Positions 32,357 through 43,552 of a stretch of 64,000 bases of DNA are shown one piece after another. The notes under the pieces were generated by a model. The model was not told where the DNA came from. It was given only the letters and a program-made list of their open reading frames with translations, and did not search any database. Position 1 is the first letter of the stretch; every line of letters starts with the position of its first letter. The stretch lies in assembly GCA_963789265.1 (NCBI GenBank), contig CAWBKB010000001.1:1888001-1952000 (forward strand), written 5' to 3'. This DNA is from an uncultured delta proteobacterium (lineage in GTDB: Bacteria; Desulfobacterota; Desulfomonilia; Desulfomonilales; Desulfomonilaceae). The position numbers were made by a program, and so were the translations under genes.

Positions 32357-33863
32357 ATGAACTCTTCTGATGCGTACGAACAACTAGTGGGGCATAGCAA
32401 GGAAATCGCTTACCTGGGCTCGGCGATCGCCGTGTTGCACTGGGACCAGCGCACCCAGATTCCGGCCGAAGGCCATGCACATCGCGTGGACGTCTTGTCC
32501 CACTTTGCCAAGATGCGACACAGGATGATTACCGATCCTCGCATCGGCGAATGGCTGGCGATTCTTGAAGGGTCCGACTTGGCCCACGATTCGTTGTCTG
32601 TGTCGGCCGTGAACATACGTGAGTGGCGAAGATCATACGATCGCGCGACCAAGATTCCGGAAAGACTTGCAGTCGAGATTGCCAGGGCCACGGCGGAAGG
32701 GCAATCGGTTTGGGAAAAGGCTCGACCGCGAAATGATTGGCCTGTATTTATGCCCCATCTGGAGCGTATTGTTTCACTTGAACGCGAAGCAGCCGAAGCT
32801 TTCGGTTACGAAGACGAGCCTTATGATGCCCTTTTAGAGGGGTACGAACAGGGCGAAACGGTCAGAGAACCTTCGTCCAATATTCAGCCGCCTTACTCAG
32901 GCTCTGGTAAGTTTGCTCGAACGAATTAAGGGCGTTTCCGGTCCGGTCGGCGCAATGCAAGGGCGCAGTTTTCCGATTGCCGACCAGCGAGCTTTCGCGA
33001 TCGAAGTGGCGAAGCAGATCGGCTACGACTTCCGGGGAGGCCGTCTAGATGTTTCGGCACATCCATTCACGATCGGAATCGGGCCGGGCGATGTGCGCAT
33101 CACTACGAGATACAGCGAAAATGACCTTAGTGAGGCATTCTTTTCAACTATGCACGAGGCAGGCCATGCCATATACCACCAGGGACTGCCGCTCGAACAT
33201 TGGGGCACACCGTTTTGTCGGCCGATCTCTCTGGGCGTCAATGAATCCCAATCCAGAATGTGGGAAAACCTGGTTGCCCGGTCCTTGCCTTTTTGGGAGC
33301 ACTTCTATCCTCAAGCTCAGGCTCGTTTCACTTCTCTGGAAAACGTGCAGGTCAAGGATTTCTACTTCCTCGTTAATGAGGTGGTTCCGAGTCTGATTCG
33401 AACGGAGGCCGACGAGGTAACTTACAATCTACACATCCTGCTCCGCTTCGAGCTTGAAGTGTTGATATCACGCGGGGATCTGGATGTGGAAGATCTGCCG
33501 ACCGCGTGGAATGAAAAGATGGAAGCCTACCTAGGGCTAACCCCTCCGGATTACGCACTGGGAGTAATGCAGGACGTGCACTGGTCTTCGGGATCAATCG
33601 GTTACTTTCCGACATACACTCTCGGAAACCTGTATTCGGCGCAATTTTTTGCACGGGCTGAACAAGATCTGGGCAATTTGAGCGATCAAATGGCGCGAGG
33701 AGAATTTGCGCAGCTTCGGGAATGGTTGCGCGACAAGATTCATTCACAAGGGTCGCGATACCTGCCCAAAGACCTGGTAAGAACGGTAACGGGAGAGGGT
33801 TTAAATCCCGGTTGCTTAATCGACTACCTGGAACGCAAGTACATAACCGTATATAGGCTGTAA
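32357..33863 (+). CDS. Carboxypeptidase Taq (M32); +1 frameshift near 32866
   Basis: WDQRT, YDALL, HPF, DVRITTRY, HEAGHA, ESQSR, IRTEADE, QDVHW, GYFPTY. Confidence 0.93.
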
Positions 33864-33901
33864 TGCGGGAATGGCGAGCCTCATCTGCGTCAGCAACACC
33901 C

Positions 33902-33968
33902 AGTAGGACCGGCATCTTGCCGGCCAGCGGGGAAAAAAATGCATAACCGGCAAGATGCCGGTCCTACT
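33902..33968. repeat. REPIN-like perfect inverted doublet (may act as bidirectional terminator)
   Basis: AGTAGGACCGGCATCTTGCCGG / CCGGCAAGATGCCGGTCCTACT: 22-bp perfect arms, each with an internal hairpin. Confidence 0.8.
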
Positions 33969-33999
33969 AAGCAAATGAGATTCTTTTTCGAGTCACGGC

Positions 34000-34023
34000 G
34001 GGCACAGCATGCCGTGCCCCTAC
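34000..34023 (-). repeat. GTAG-type REP
   Basis: Reverse strand GTAGGGGCACGGCATGCTGTGCCC; related copy at 49435-49458. Confidence 0.7.
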
Positions 34024-34097
34024 ATGACAGGTAGCGGTAGGTTCGGGCCGTGCCCGACGCAGACCTTTACAAAAATCCCGGGATAGCCGCAATGCAC

Positions 34098-35030
34098 TCA
34101 TGAGGCCACTTGGCCAAAGAAGTCCATTTGATGGGCTATGTAGACCAGGCGGCCTTGTTCGATCTGAGCGTGGCGTTCGCAAACCCATTCCCGGAGACAC
34201 TCTTGATCGAGATTCGGATGATTGTCCAAGGCAAATCCGATTGTATTAATGATGAAGTGCAAGAAGTACGCTTCATCGCCGCGGTAGCCGCTTGGATCTG
34301 CATGGACAACCCAGTCTGAAGCGCCCGCTTCCAGCAGCATCGCTCCGGCGGTCCGGGCATGCTCGAAGAAATGGCGACCGGTCCGGCTGTCCCCGGAAGG
34401 CTTCCCGCCAATTACTCTGCGGTCCATGGTTTCGCGGTACAGTTTCTCGATTTGAGCATCGAGCGCAGCGTCGATCTCGGGCTGGATGATCGTGGCCCCA
34501 TCGAAGGTGATGGTAAAATAGAAGAAGCCGCCAGGTTTCAGTAGCGAGAATAGTTTGGGCAAAGTTGCGGGAACGTCTATCAGATCCAGGAAGGCATTCG
34601 CAATCAGTAGATCCCACTTTGAATGGCCGGATGCTCCAGTCAGGAATTCGAAGAGATCCACGTTCTCCAAGCTGACCTGCACGTCCTGCGCTTGGCCCCG
34701 CAGCCGAACGCTCTGACGGTTTGGACTTTCGACAGTGTACCCCTTCGCGGCGGCCCAGGACGGCAGCCGGGATGCAGCTTCGGAGATGTTGGCCGGCTCC
34801 GCATCCAGAGCGAGGTAGGTGGCGCGGCTTAGCAATCCCCAGTCAAGAGTCCGCTCAACCATCGTTCCTATTCCAGCCCCGATTTCAAGAACTCTCATAG
34901 GATCTTCGGCAGGGTAAGCTGCCACGGAACGGGCGAGGCTTTGCCAGACTGTCTTGTTGAGCGCACGGTCGTCTACACTCTTCTTTGCAGCGAGGTATCG
35001 CGTAAAGCTATAAACCGACGGAACAGCCAT
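34098..35030 (-). CDS. Class I SAM-dependent methyltransferase
   Basis: YLAAKKSVDDRALN, VLEIGAGIG, WDLLIANAFLDL, LKPGG. Confidence 0.88.
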   Translation of the reverse strand: MAVPSVYSFTRYLAAKKSVDDRALNKTVWQSLARSVAAYPAEDPMRVLEIGAGIGTMVERTLDWGLLSRATYLALDAEPANISEAASRLPSWAAAKGYTVESPNRQSVRLRGQAQDVQVSLENVDLFEFLTGASGHSKWDLLIANAFLDLIDVPATLPKLFSLLKPGGFFYFTITFDGATIIQPEIDAALDAQIEKLYRETMDRRVIGGKPSGDSRTGRHFFEHARTAGAMLLEAGASDWVVHADPSGYRGDEAYFLHFIINTIGFALDNHPNLDQECLREWVCERHAQIEQGRLVYIAHQMDFFGQVAS

Positions 35031-35034
35031 AGAT

Positions 35035-36141
35035 TTAATTCACGATCTCCTCGATGAAGCTGCGGATGCCGGCCGCTGCTTCAGCCCATGTCGGGTGAGA
35101 TGAATAGCGTTCAAGCGCGGCTAAACCCATCCGGCCCAGTTTTTCTCGGTCATCGATCAATTCCTCGATATGGGTTGCAATGGCTTCAGCGTGTCCAGGC
35201 CGTACGAGAAATCCGTTCCGCCCGTGGGTGATTATCTCGTGAGCTGCCCCCGCGGTCGAGGCCAGGGCAGGCACCCCGAACCCCATAGCTTCCAGGTAGA
35301 CTATTCCGAAGCCCTCGTACGAAGACGGGACAGCGAGCAAATGGCTTCTCGCATAACAGACCTCAAGCTCTCGGCCCGTCAACGGACCCAGCAACCGAAC
35401 CTGTTCCTCTATTCCAAGTTTTCCGATTTGGGCCCGCACACTTTTGGCATAGGCTGGATCGGCCGCCGGGCTTCCAACAACGTCGAGCCTCCAGCTATCA
35501 CTCGGCAAGCGACCAAGTGCAGCAAGCAGTGTGTGCAACTCCTTGCGAGGAATTAGACTGCCCACGAACAGGACTCGGAGAGGACCGCCCTTTGCTGCAC
35601 GGCGTTCCATTGCTTCCCATGTGATTCCAGGGTTCACGCCGTCGCGGCCGGGAAAGGCCACGACTCCTCGTTCGCCCTTTCCGATCAAAGCCTCCACCGT
35701 TTCGCGAGTGGTGACACTATTGAAAACGAAGCCGTCCATCCTAGCGAGATAATCTTTTTCTATTACGCTGTACAAGCTGTTTTGCCAGCCAGGACGCAAT
35801 TCGCTGGAGCGAAGGTGGTGAACTATGGACACGATCGCGTAATCCACACTAGACTTCAAGCTCCGATTCAGCCGAAGCAGAGAGGGATGGTTCAGTTCGT
35901 CCTGGAGCAGGACATCGAGTTGCGCCTTTGCTAAAGAGCGAATCAACCTCTGCGAAAAGTTGTCCAAAAGATGCCTCGCATAGTTGCGCCAGGGCAGAGA
36001 AAAGATCTCCACAGCATCTCCCTGCGAACGCAGATAGTCTACCAGCTTGCGGTCGTAGAGATAACCACCGGTAAGCGTTTCCAAGTCGCCGTAAATGACC
36101 AGCCCGATCTTCAAAAACGTTCTCTGCGAAATGCCGCCCAA
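35035..36141 (-). CDS. Glycosyltransferase family 4 (GT-B)
   Basis: TGGYLYDR, VLFVGSLIPRK, PSSYEGFGIVYLEAM; start codon uncertain. Confidence 0.9.
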   Translation of the reverse strand: MGGISQRTFLKIGLVIYGDLETLTGGYLYDRKLVDYLRSQGDAVEIFSLPWRNYARHLLDNFSQRLIRSLAKAQLDVLLQDELNHPSLLRLNRSLKSSVDYAIVSIVHHLRSSELRPGWQNSLYSVIEKDYLARMDGFVFNSVTTRETVEALIGKGERGVVAFPGRDGVNPGITWEAMERRAAKGGPLRVLFVGSLIPRKELHTLLAALGRLPSDSWRLDVVGSPAADPAYAKSVRAQIGKLGIEEQVRLLGPLTGRELEVCYARSHLLAVPSSYEGFGIVYLEAMGFGVPALASTAGAAHEIITHGRNGFLVRPGHAEAIATHIEELIDDREKLGRMGLAALERYSSHPTWAEAAAGIRSFIEEIVN

Positions 36142-36501
36142 GCAATCTCATTTTCCCAAATTTTCACTGTCACGGCTGTAATATTGGAAGCATGAATGCG
36201 CTCGGAAAGTTGGTCGCAAAAAATCCTGGACAGATGTTCAATACTGGGGTTGAGTTCCTTGAACTGAGGCAGGTTGTTCAGAGTTTTATCACGATAACGG
36301 GACACCAGATGGTCCAGCCCGGACTCTATGTCCACTATGTCCACCAGATATCCGTACCTGATCGAGCCGGCTCCCTTCCAATTGCAGTTCCACTCGGTAG
36401 TGATGGGAATGGAGCTCATTTTCCGACCCCCAGTCCCCGCCGAAAAGAAAATGCTGAGCGACAAAGTCGCGCTTTACCGCCACGACATAAAGCGAACTCA
36501 T
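36111..36501 (-). CDS. 6-pyruvoyl-tetrahydropterin synthase family (COG0720, T-fold); +1 frameshift near 36357
   Basis: Joined: ...RDFVAQHFLFGGDWGSENELHSHHYRVEL...DQ|YGYLVDIVD...LNPSIEHL...IWENEIAWA. Confidence 0.85.
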
Positions 36502-37536
36502 GCGACGTCCTCATAAGTAAAGATAAGTTGAATCACTTCTTCAGGAACGCAATCAAGCAAATTATATGCTTCCGGGGCCTGGCGAATTGAGAAACGATGG
36601 GTAACCAGGCTCGCGGGTTTCAACTGCTCAAGCATGTTCAAAGCGCACTCGAGACGCCGCGATTTTGTCCAAAGACCGGTAAATTTCGGCGCCAGGCGGC
36701 TAACCTGACTGCTTATCAACTTGATCCGACCCCTGTGGAATCTCCCCCCCAGGTCCAGATCAGCCCGCTTTCCGCCGTACCATGAGCCGATTACAATACG
36801 ACCGCTGAAACCGGCGGCTGAAATTGCCTGTTGGAGAGCTGAGGGATTACCTGACAACTCAAAACTCAGATCGAATCCATCGGTTGGGAGCGCTGCCCCG
36901 GCCAACCGCCGCAGTTGCTCGATGACGTCGGGCTCGGCGGGATCCAGGGACGCGTGAGCGCCAAATTCCAGCGAGCGCTGCCTCCTAAAAGGATACCGGT
37001 CAAGAGTCAGCAAACGAGCCAAAGGGAATCGAGCCAGTGATGCTGTGGTCAACAAGCCTACCACACCTTGGCCAAAAACCGCCGCCTGTTCGCCAATAAG
37101 CGGCGCCCCGTCCATGACAAAACTTATCGCGGTTTCCATGTTGGGCAAAAAGGCGGCTTCCTCCGGAGTCATGGACTCAGGCAAAAGGATCAACTGATCC
37201 GGTGAAGCCAAGAAATGGCTTTCATGGGGATTAAAAGAAAATACCCGCTCGTGCAACCACTGAGGGTCAAGGTCGGATCCAATTTCAATTATGCGTCCGA
37301 CAGCGCAATAGCCGTACTTCAACGGGTACGAGAATGGACGTGCCAAAGCGGGAATGGTTTCGTCGAGAAGCAGGTTCTCAGGCCATTGTCCCCTGTAGAT
37401 GAGCATTTCGGTGCCCGCACTGACTGCGGTGCAAATGGTGCGGACCAGTACTTGGTGCGGAGCCGGTTTCCGGGAGCGACTCCTTGATGACAGTCACCTG
37501 ATAGGGCTGCGTGAATTCGAGTGACAGCCGCTTCAT
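36498..37536 (-). CDS. MDR-family (zinc-binding alcohol dehydrogenase-like) oxidoreductase; +1 frameshift near 37468
   Basis: VSAGTEMLIYRG, YGYCAVG, NPHESH, GQGVVG, ELSGNP, GSWYG. Confidence 0.88.
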
Positions 37537-37538
37537 GC

Positions 37539-38240
37539 TCAGGCCAGAGCGCCCCAGAGTATGAGATCTTCCCCGAGCCACTGATGACCCGCATCGCGTA
37601 AGCGGGGAAAACGAGCCGGGTCGGACTGGCCGAGATCGCTTACCGCACGCAGACCACCCACGAGCACCGGGGCCACGGTCAAGACGAGGTAATCGACCAG
37701 TTGGTCTAAGAGGAAATTTGTTATTATGCGCGACCCGCCTTCCACCATGAGGCTGTTGACCCCGCGTTTGCCGAGTTCTAGCAGCATCTCCGCAAGATTA
37801 ACCTGTCCTCTGGTATTGGACGGAACTACAATAACCTTGGCGCCTGACGCTTCAATGGCTTCACGACGCGCGCTGTCCGGCTTTTCCCTTGCCACGATCC
37901 AGGGAAAGTGGGAATTCTGATTGAGAAGTTTGCAGTCCAAGGGGAGCCTCAGACGGCTGTCCACAACGATTGGCTTAGGACTCTTGCCGTTTACAAGCCT
38001 GACATTAAGACGCGGGTCATCGGATAAGACCGTCCCTATGCCTACTAATATCGCGTCATGACCGGCCCTGAGCTGATGGGTGAGCGTAAGAGACTGATGG
38101 CCGCTCAAATGCAACGCCTCTCCGGCACGTGCGGATATGCAACCATCGAGGCTTTGAGCATAACTTAGAGTGACAAATGGTCGGCCCGTCTTACAACGGT
38201 GAGCCGGCGCCCCTGTCAAAAAGGATTTTATAAATTCCAT
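37539..38240 (-). CDS. RibD C-terminal-type pyrimidine reductase (stand-alone)
   Basis: RPFVTLSYAQSLDG, HQLRAGHDAILVGIGTVLSDDPRL, LMVEGG. Confidence 0.9.
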   Translation of the reverse strand: MEFIKSFLTGAPAHRCKTGRPFVTLSYAQSLDGCISARAGEALHLSGHQSLTLTHQLRAGHDAILVGIGTVLSDDPRLNVRLVNGKSPKPIVVDSRLRLPLDCKLLNQNSHFPWIVAREKPDSARREAIEASGAKVIVVPSNTRGQVNLAEMLLELGKRGVNSLMVEGGSRIITNFLLDQLVDYLVLTVAPVLVGGLRAVSDLGQSDPARFPRLRDAGHQWLGEDLILWGALA

Positions 38241-38654
38241 CGCTCCAACATTAAATTGTCACTGCCGCCCCTGACTTTAAAGCAGAGCAATCATAGCGCA
38301 TTGCAAATTCCGCGTGGAAGTGTAACACGAAGAATGGGAAGAGACAAGGATTTCCGTGAAGAAGAGCAACCGTTAAGTTACACGGAGGCAGGTTTCGCGT
38401 CTCTGTCATTGTTGTAGATGTTAGATAATTCGTGGACGAGGTACCCCCAGGAAGGCTGAACCCGTCTTGTTGGATTCATCGAAAATAACGGCATCTGGAC
38501 CAAAATCCACTAAAACGCGTCGAATACCTTGCGTGAAGTAAAGATGGAGGATATGTTCAGAGGTTGCCGGAGCAGACGGAACGGTCTATTTATCACGAAC
38601 TCGAGGCCGCTTTCAGTATCTCGAGTCATCGGGCTGGTCCAGTGGATTCGCGCC

Positions 38655-39137
38655 ATGCTTAACACCGTGGAGATTCATGCCGCTTCCGAGCAAGAAACAA
38701 TTCGGGTGGGAGAGGCCATAGGCTTGGTTCTTAAGCCTTTGGACGCGGTCATGATGTTCGGAAAGCTGGGATCCGGCAAGACAAGACTTGCCAAGGGAAT
38801 CGTATCCGCTGCTACGGGAGTATGTAAAGACGAGGTGGTGAGCCCCACTTTCACGTTGATCAATCGCTTCGAAGGGAAATTTCCGCTGTACCATGCCGAT
38901 CTTTACAGAATAGAATCCGATCAAATAAAGGGCATCGGGCTGGAAGACTATCTGGAAGAAGGTGGCGCTCTCATTATAGAATGGGCTGAGAAGATCAGAG
39001 GATTCGATGAGGATTCCTTGATCGTCTTTATTGAGTTCGGAGACCTGGACCATACCCGAAGTATCGTTCTCCAATGGTCCAAGGAAGGGGCGTGGCAAGA
39101 CAGAATTATGGGAATTCTTGACCGCGTTCAACATTAG
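38655..39137 (+). CDS. tsaE: tRNA threonylcarbamoyladenosine biosynthesis ATPase
   Basis: [26 protein letters not shown]. Confidence 0.92.
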   Translation: MLNTVEIHAASEQETIRVGEAIGLVLKPLDAVMMFGKLGSGKTRLAKGIVSAATGVCKDEVVSPTFTLINRFEGKFPLYHADLYRIESDQIKGIGLEDYLEEGGALIIEWAEKIRGFDEDSLIVFIEFGDLDHTRSIVLQWSKEGAWQDRIMGILDRVQH

Positions 39138-39220
39138 AAAGCTGCTCCTGCGAGTGCCGGCCTAAGTGCCGGGTCTTCCCATTGAGGGAGCTTTTCAAGG
39201 GTGTATTCGGAGAAAATGCG

Positions 39221-40442
39221 ATGCCCCTGATCGTGCAAAAGTTCGGCGGAACGTCGGTAGGTGATGTGGAGAGGATAGCCAACGTGGCGCGGAGAGTGGC
39301 CACGCGGAAAGAATTAGGTGACCAAATTGTCGTGGTCGTTTCAGCGATGGCGGGAGAGACAGACCGACTGATTGGTCTTGCCAAGAAAATAATCGGGACC
39401 CCGAACGAACGCGAACTGGACGTTCTAATTTCAACCGGCGAGCAGGTTACGATCGCTCTATTGGCAATTACCCTTGATTCTATGGGTTATAAGGCACGAT
39501 CGGTACTGCGGCTGGCAGATGCCACTTATCACAGATAACGCTTACGGCGCCGCCAGGATTGCCGCGGTACAGAAAGAATCTCTTATGGCCGATCTGGCCG
39601 CAGGAAACATCGTGATAGTGGCAGGCTTTCAGGGAGTAGATAAAGCAGGCAACATCACTACTCTCGGACGGGGCGGGTCCGACACCTCAGCGGTGGCAGT
39701 CGCAGCGGCATTGAATGCCGATTTGTGCGAGATATTCACCGACGTGGACGGCGTTTACACAACAGATCCCCGAATCGCCGCAAATGCCCGTAAGCTCAAG
39801 GTAGTAGCCTATGAGGAGATGCTCGAAATGGCCTCCCTGGGGGCCAAAGTGCTCTATATACGGGCGGTCGAATTTGCCATGCGCCACCGAGTTCCTCTGG
39901 TTGTCCGCTCCAGTTTCAACGACCGAGAAGGCACCTTGGTCACGGAGGAGAATTCTGAAATGGAAAGAGAGTCCGTCAGAGCCGTTACTTGTAATATGAA
40001 AGAGGCGAAGATAACGATATCGGGAGTCCAGGACAAACCGGGTGTGGCTTCCAGAATCTTCTCAGAGCTCGCCGACGCACACGTCGTAGTGGACATGATC
40101 ATTCAAAATGCCAGTGCCGAAGGGATTACCGACATCTCTTTTACCGTGCTGGAAGCTGACCTGCCTAAAAGCTTGGAAATTTGCCGTGGAATCAAGGAAG
40201 CTCTCGGAGCTACGGATGTAACCGGGACCGAGGACATAGCCAAGGTGTCTATCATAGGTCTTGGAATGCGTTCATATTCCGGCGTGGCTTCGACCATGTT
40301 TTCAGCTCTTGCTAAAGAAGGTATAAATATAGAGATGATCTCCAGTTCCGAGATCAAGATTTCTTGCGTAATTCGGAAAAAGTATGCCGAACTCGCAGTC
40401 AGAACTCTCCATGATGCTTTTGAATTGGAAAAGGCCGTGTAA
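39221..40442 (+). CDS. lysC: Aspartate kinase; +1 frameshift near 39503
   Basis: [36 protein letters not shown], two ACT domains. Confidence 0.95.
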
Positions 40443-40520
40443 TCGTCAGGTTGAGAAGGTGCAGGTTTGACAGATCGAACACTCGAACCAATTTCGATCT
40501 GCAGGAGTAAATATTTGAAT

Positions 40521-42086
40521 ATGATCGAGCTTTACGACACTACCCTCAGGGACGGCGCCCAGACCTGGGGGATCACTTTTTCGCTTGAAGACAAGCTAAG
40601 AATAGCACACAGATTGGATGAGATCGGCATCGATCTCATCGAGGGGGGGTATCCAGGTTCAAATCCCAAAGATCGCAACTTCTTCCGCTTGGCTAGAGAA
40701 ATTTCTTTTAAACATGCCCAAGTAGTGGCCTTCGGCAGCACGTGCCGGTCCGAAGCTTCGCCGGAGAAAGATCCCCAGATCGGCGCTCTAGTAGAATCCG
40801 GCACCCAAGTCGTCACAATAGTCGGGAAGAGTTGGGACCTGCATGTAAGGGAAATCCTCGCCATACCTCTCAAAAGAAATATCGAGATGATAACGGATTC
40901 GCTGGCATTTCTACGGCCTCACTTTGCCAGAGTCATCTTCGACGCGGAACACTTCTTTGACGGATTCAAGAACAATCCCGAGTATGCGCTGCAAACTCTG
41001 CGAGCAGCCGAAGCCGGCGGAGCGGACCTTCTCGTGTTATGCGATACCAACGGAGGCACTCTCTCCTCGGAAATCGCGGCTATCGTCAAACATGTCGGTG
41101 AGCGCGTTTCAAAGCCTGTAGGTATTCATGCGCATAACGATTCAGACACGGCCGTATCCAATAGTTTGATGGCGGTGGAAGCCGGCGCGGTCCATATCCA
41201 GGGAACCATCAATGGAATAGGTGAACGATGCGGCAACGCAAATCTCATCTCCATCATCCCGGCTTTGGCTCTCAAGATGGGCCTAATAGAGGCTCAGCCT
41301 GAACGTTTGCGATTGCTCAAACGCGTGTCCGAATTTGTGGACGAAATGGCCAACCGAACCCCGGTAAAATCACAGCCGTATGTAGGGGCGTCGGCCTTTG
41401 CGCACAAAGGCGGTTTGCACACAAGCGCAGTAGTGAAAAATAATAAGGCTTACGAACATATTGATCCCACGATGGTCGGCAACGCTCGGATGTTCCCCAT
41501 GTCGGAACAGGCGGGCCGAGCCGCTCTCGTCCAAAAGGCGGCTCAGTACGGCATCCACCTCGCTCCCGTAGATCCGCGGGTGTCTGAAATCTTGCGAACG
41601 ATTAAAGACCTCGAGGCACGCGGGGCACAGTACGAGGTTGCCGACGGTTCTTTCGAACTTCTCATGAAGAGGATGCTGGGCCTGCACAAGAAATTCTTTA
41701 GCCTGCACGGCTTTCATGTAAGCAACGTAAAGAGAGAGGGCGACACAAAGACTTATTCGGATGCCATCGTACGTATTGTGGTGGGAGACAAAATGGAATT
41801 CTCGGCCGCGGAAGGGAACGGCCCGGTGAATGCACTGGATGAGGCATTGCGAAAGGCTTTGCAAGCTTTCTATCCTAGTGTGACACACGTAAGACTCACG
41901 GATTTCAAGGTACGTGTGCTCGAAGGGACCTCCGGTACGGGGGCAACGGTAAGGGTCTTGATAGAATCTACCGACGGAGAAGAGGTCTGGTGGACCGCAG
42001 GCTTCAATCAGAACATCATACAGGCGTCCTGGGACGCTCTTGTGGACAGTATCGACTACAAACTTCAGAAGGACCTGGTCCAATAG
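40521..42086 (+). CDS. cimA: Citramalate synthase
   Basis: DTTLRDGAQ, EGGYPGSNPKD, GKSWDLHV, DAEHFFDG, HAHND, GNGPVNALD; downstream of lysC. Confidence 0.9.
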   Translation: MIELYDTTLRDGAQTWGITFSLEDKLRIAHRLDEIGIDLIEGGYPGSNPKDRNFFRLAREISFKHAQVVAFGSTCRSEASPEKDPQIGALVESGTQVVTIVGKSWDLHVREILAIPLKRNIEMITDSLAFLRPHFARVIFDAEHFFDGFKNNPEYALQTLRAAEAGGADLLVLCDTNGGTLSSEIAAIVKHVGERVSKPVGIHAHNDSDTAVSNSLMAVEAGAVHIQGTINGIGERCGNANLISIIPALALKMGLIEAQPERLRLLKRVSEFVDEMANRTPVKSQPYVGASAFAHKGGLHTSAVVKNNKAYEHIDPTMVGNARMFPMSEQAGRAALVQKAAQYGIHLAPVDPRVSEILRTIKDLEARGAQYEVADGSFELLMKRMLGLHKKFFSLHGFHVSNVKREGDTKTYSDAIVRIVVGDKMEFSAAEGNGPVNALDEALRKALQAFYPSVTHVRLTDFKVRVLEGTSGTGATVRVLIESTDGEEVWWTAGFNQNIIQASWDALVDSIDYKLQKDLVQ

Positions 42087-42089
42087 AAC

Positions 42090-42734
42090 GTGTCCATACC
42101 GGATTCAAACCACCGAGGCCCCACCCCGCTTTATGGGCTCATAATCCTGGGATTGGCGGCTGTCCTCTTGGAGTTCCTTGCGTCATGGGATAGTCCGACA
42201 ACTCTTATGCCAAGCAGAGAAGGCGGCCGCGGTAACTGCATGTATCTGGCGTTTCAAGACCAGAAATGCCTGGGTACGCTCTTTCTGGAGAAATCAGCCG
42301 ACATTTGTCGCATACTTCAGGAGATCGGAGTGCCTGAGACCGGGAAACGAGGATTCTCCCCCGAGAAAATCCCGTGCAATAGAACCATTAAACTGAGCGA
42401 AGATCTCAGAGTGGTATCAATAGAAAAGATTAGAGGCACATATCTCGTCTCAGCCGGGAAAAAGATCGACGTGAATTCGGCTGACCTTAAAGACCTTATG
42501 GCGGTTCCCGGGATAGGGCCTCGATTCGCGGAGAAGATTATCAGCCGGAGGCAAGCGCTTGGGAGATTCTCCAGCATAAGAGAATTGACGGGAATTCAGG
42601 GGATAGGTAAGAAGAAACTAGCCCGTTGGGCTCCGTACATTGAGGTCGGCGCCTCAGGACTGGTGGACGGTCGGCATGAGAATGTCGAGACCTCGAGGTG
42701 TCTCCTTAACCCATCGCCTCGGATCGAGAAATAG
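42090..42734 (+). CDS. ComEA-like helix-hairpin-helix DNA-binding membrane protein
   Basis: N-terminal TM; IDVNSA...VPGIGP...IQGIGKKK. Confidence 0.8.
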   Translation: MSIPDSNHRGPTPLYGLIILGLAAVLLEFLASWDSPTTLMPSREGGRGNCMYLAFQDQKCLGTLFLEKSADICRILQEIGVPETGKRGFSPEKIPCNRTIKLSEDLRVVSIEKIRGTYLVSAGKKIDVNSADLKDLMAVPGIGPRFAEKIISRRQALGRFSSIRELTGIQGIGKKKLARWAPYIEVGASGLVDGRHENVETSRCLLNPSPRIEK

Positions 42735-43260
42735 AAACGTGCCGGATCGCTTTTAAATCGCGGAATGCCACCCCTGCCGCCACGGCAATCGCCACCCACC
42801 ACCCCGGACCAAGCGGCCCGTTGCCGATGACCAAGACCAAGCAAATAGACACAAATAGCGCGATGGGTGCCACAAAGACCATGAGAAACGCATTTTTTGG
42901 CAATTCACCATTCGCTCCGAGATATCTCCCGCCTTTTTGGGGATAGCGTCCGGATATTCTGAGCCAGACACCCCAGTACGCTGCGAGACGGACAGCGAAA
43001 TAAAAAGAAGCTGCTCCCAGGGACGCCAACATCAACACGCTTAACGAAGGCAAGGGTCTGTGGGGAATCGGTAATAAAAGCCGAAAAGCTAGAAGAACCG
43101 CCAGTGCTGTGCCGGTCGAAGAGATACCCATCCGCCAGCCGTTCAGCCGAATTTCCCCTCCCAAGAGGAATAACGGAGGGTCCATGGGTAGTCCATAGCT
43201 CGCAGTACGGGCTCTAGAATTATCTTTGAGGGATTTGAAATCGATCTTCATGGTGGACAT
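42654..43260 (-). CDS. Hypothetical membrane protein (DUF3267-like); probable +1 frameshift near 42735
   Basis: Four hydrophobic segments, LPKNAFLMVFVAP...AFRDL. Removing one T gives HVLFLDPRRWVKETPRGLDIL. Confidence 0.5.
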
Positions 43261-43552
43261 AGTGCTGTGCTCTATTGTATCTCCTACATCATGTTGGGAC
43301 TCTTTTGCAAACCCTGCTCGCAAGTGCCTCAACGTTGGACCCCAGTTCGGCATTGACTTTCCGGCCGATATACGTAACACTCAATGAGGGTACCCGGCTA
43401 CGCTTTGCCCTAAAGGTACTTTCACTCCATCAGAGGCGCCAGGTTCCTCCGGACCATTGACAACGGCTATAACAACATTACAGGACTAGCGGCATTTTCT
43501 CGACGCCTTCCGCCAAATCCGCAGAACATAGACCTATGGAAAGGTACATGCT

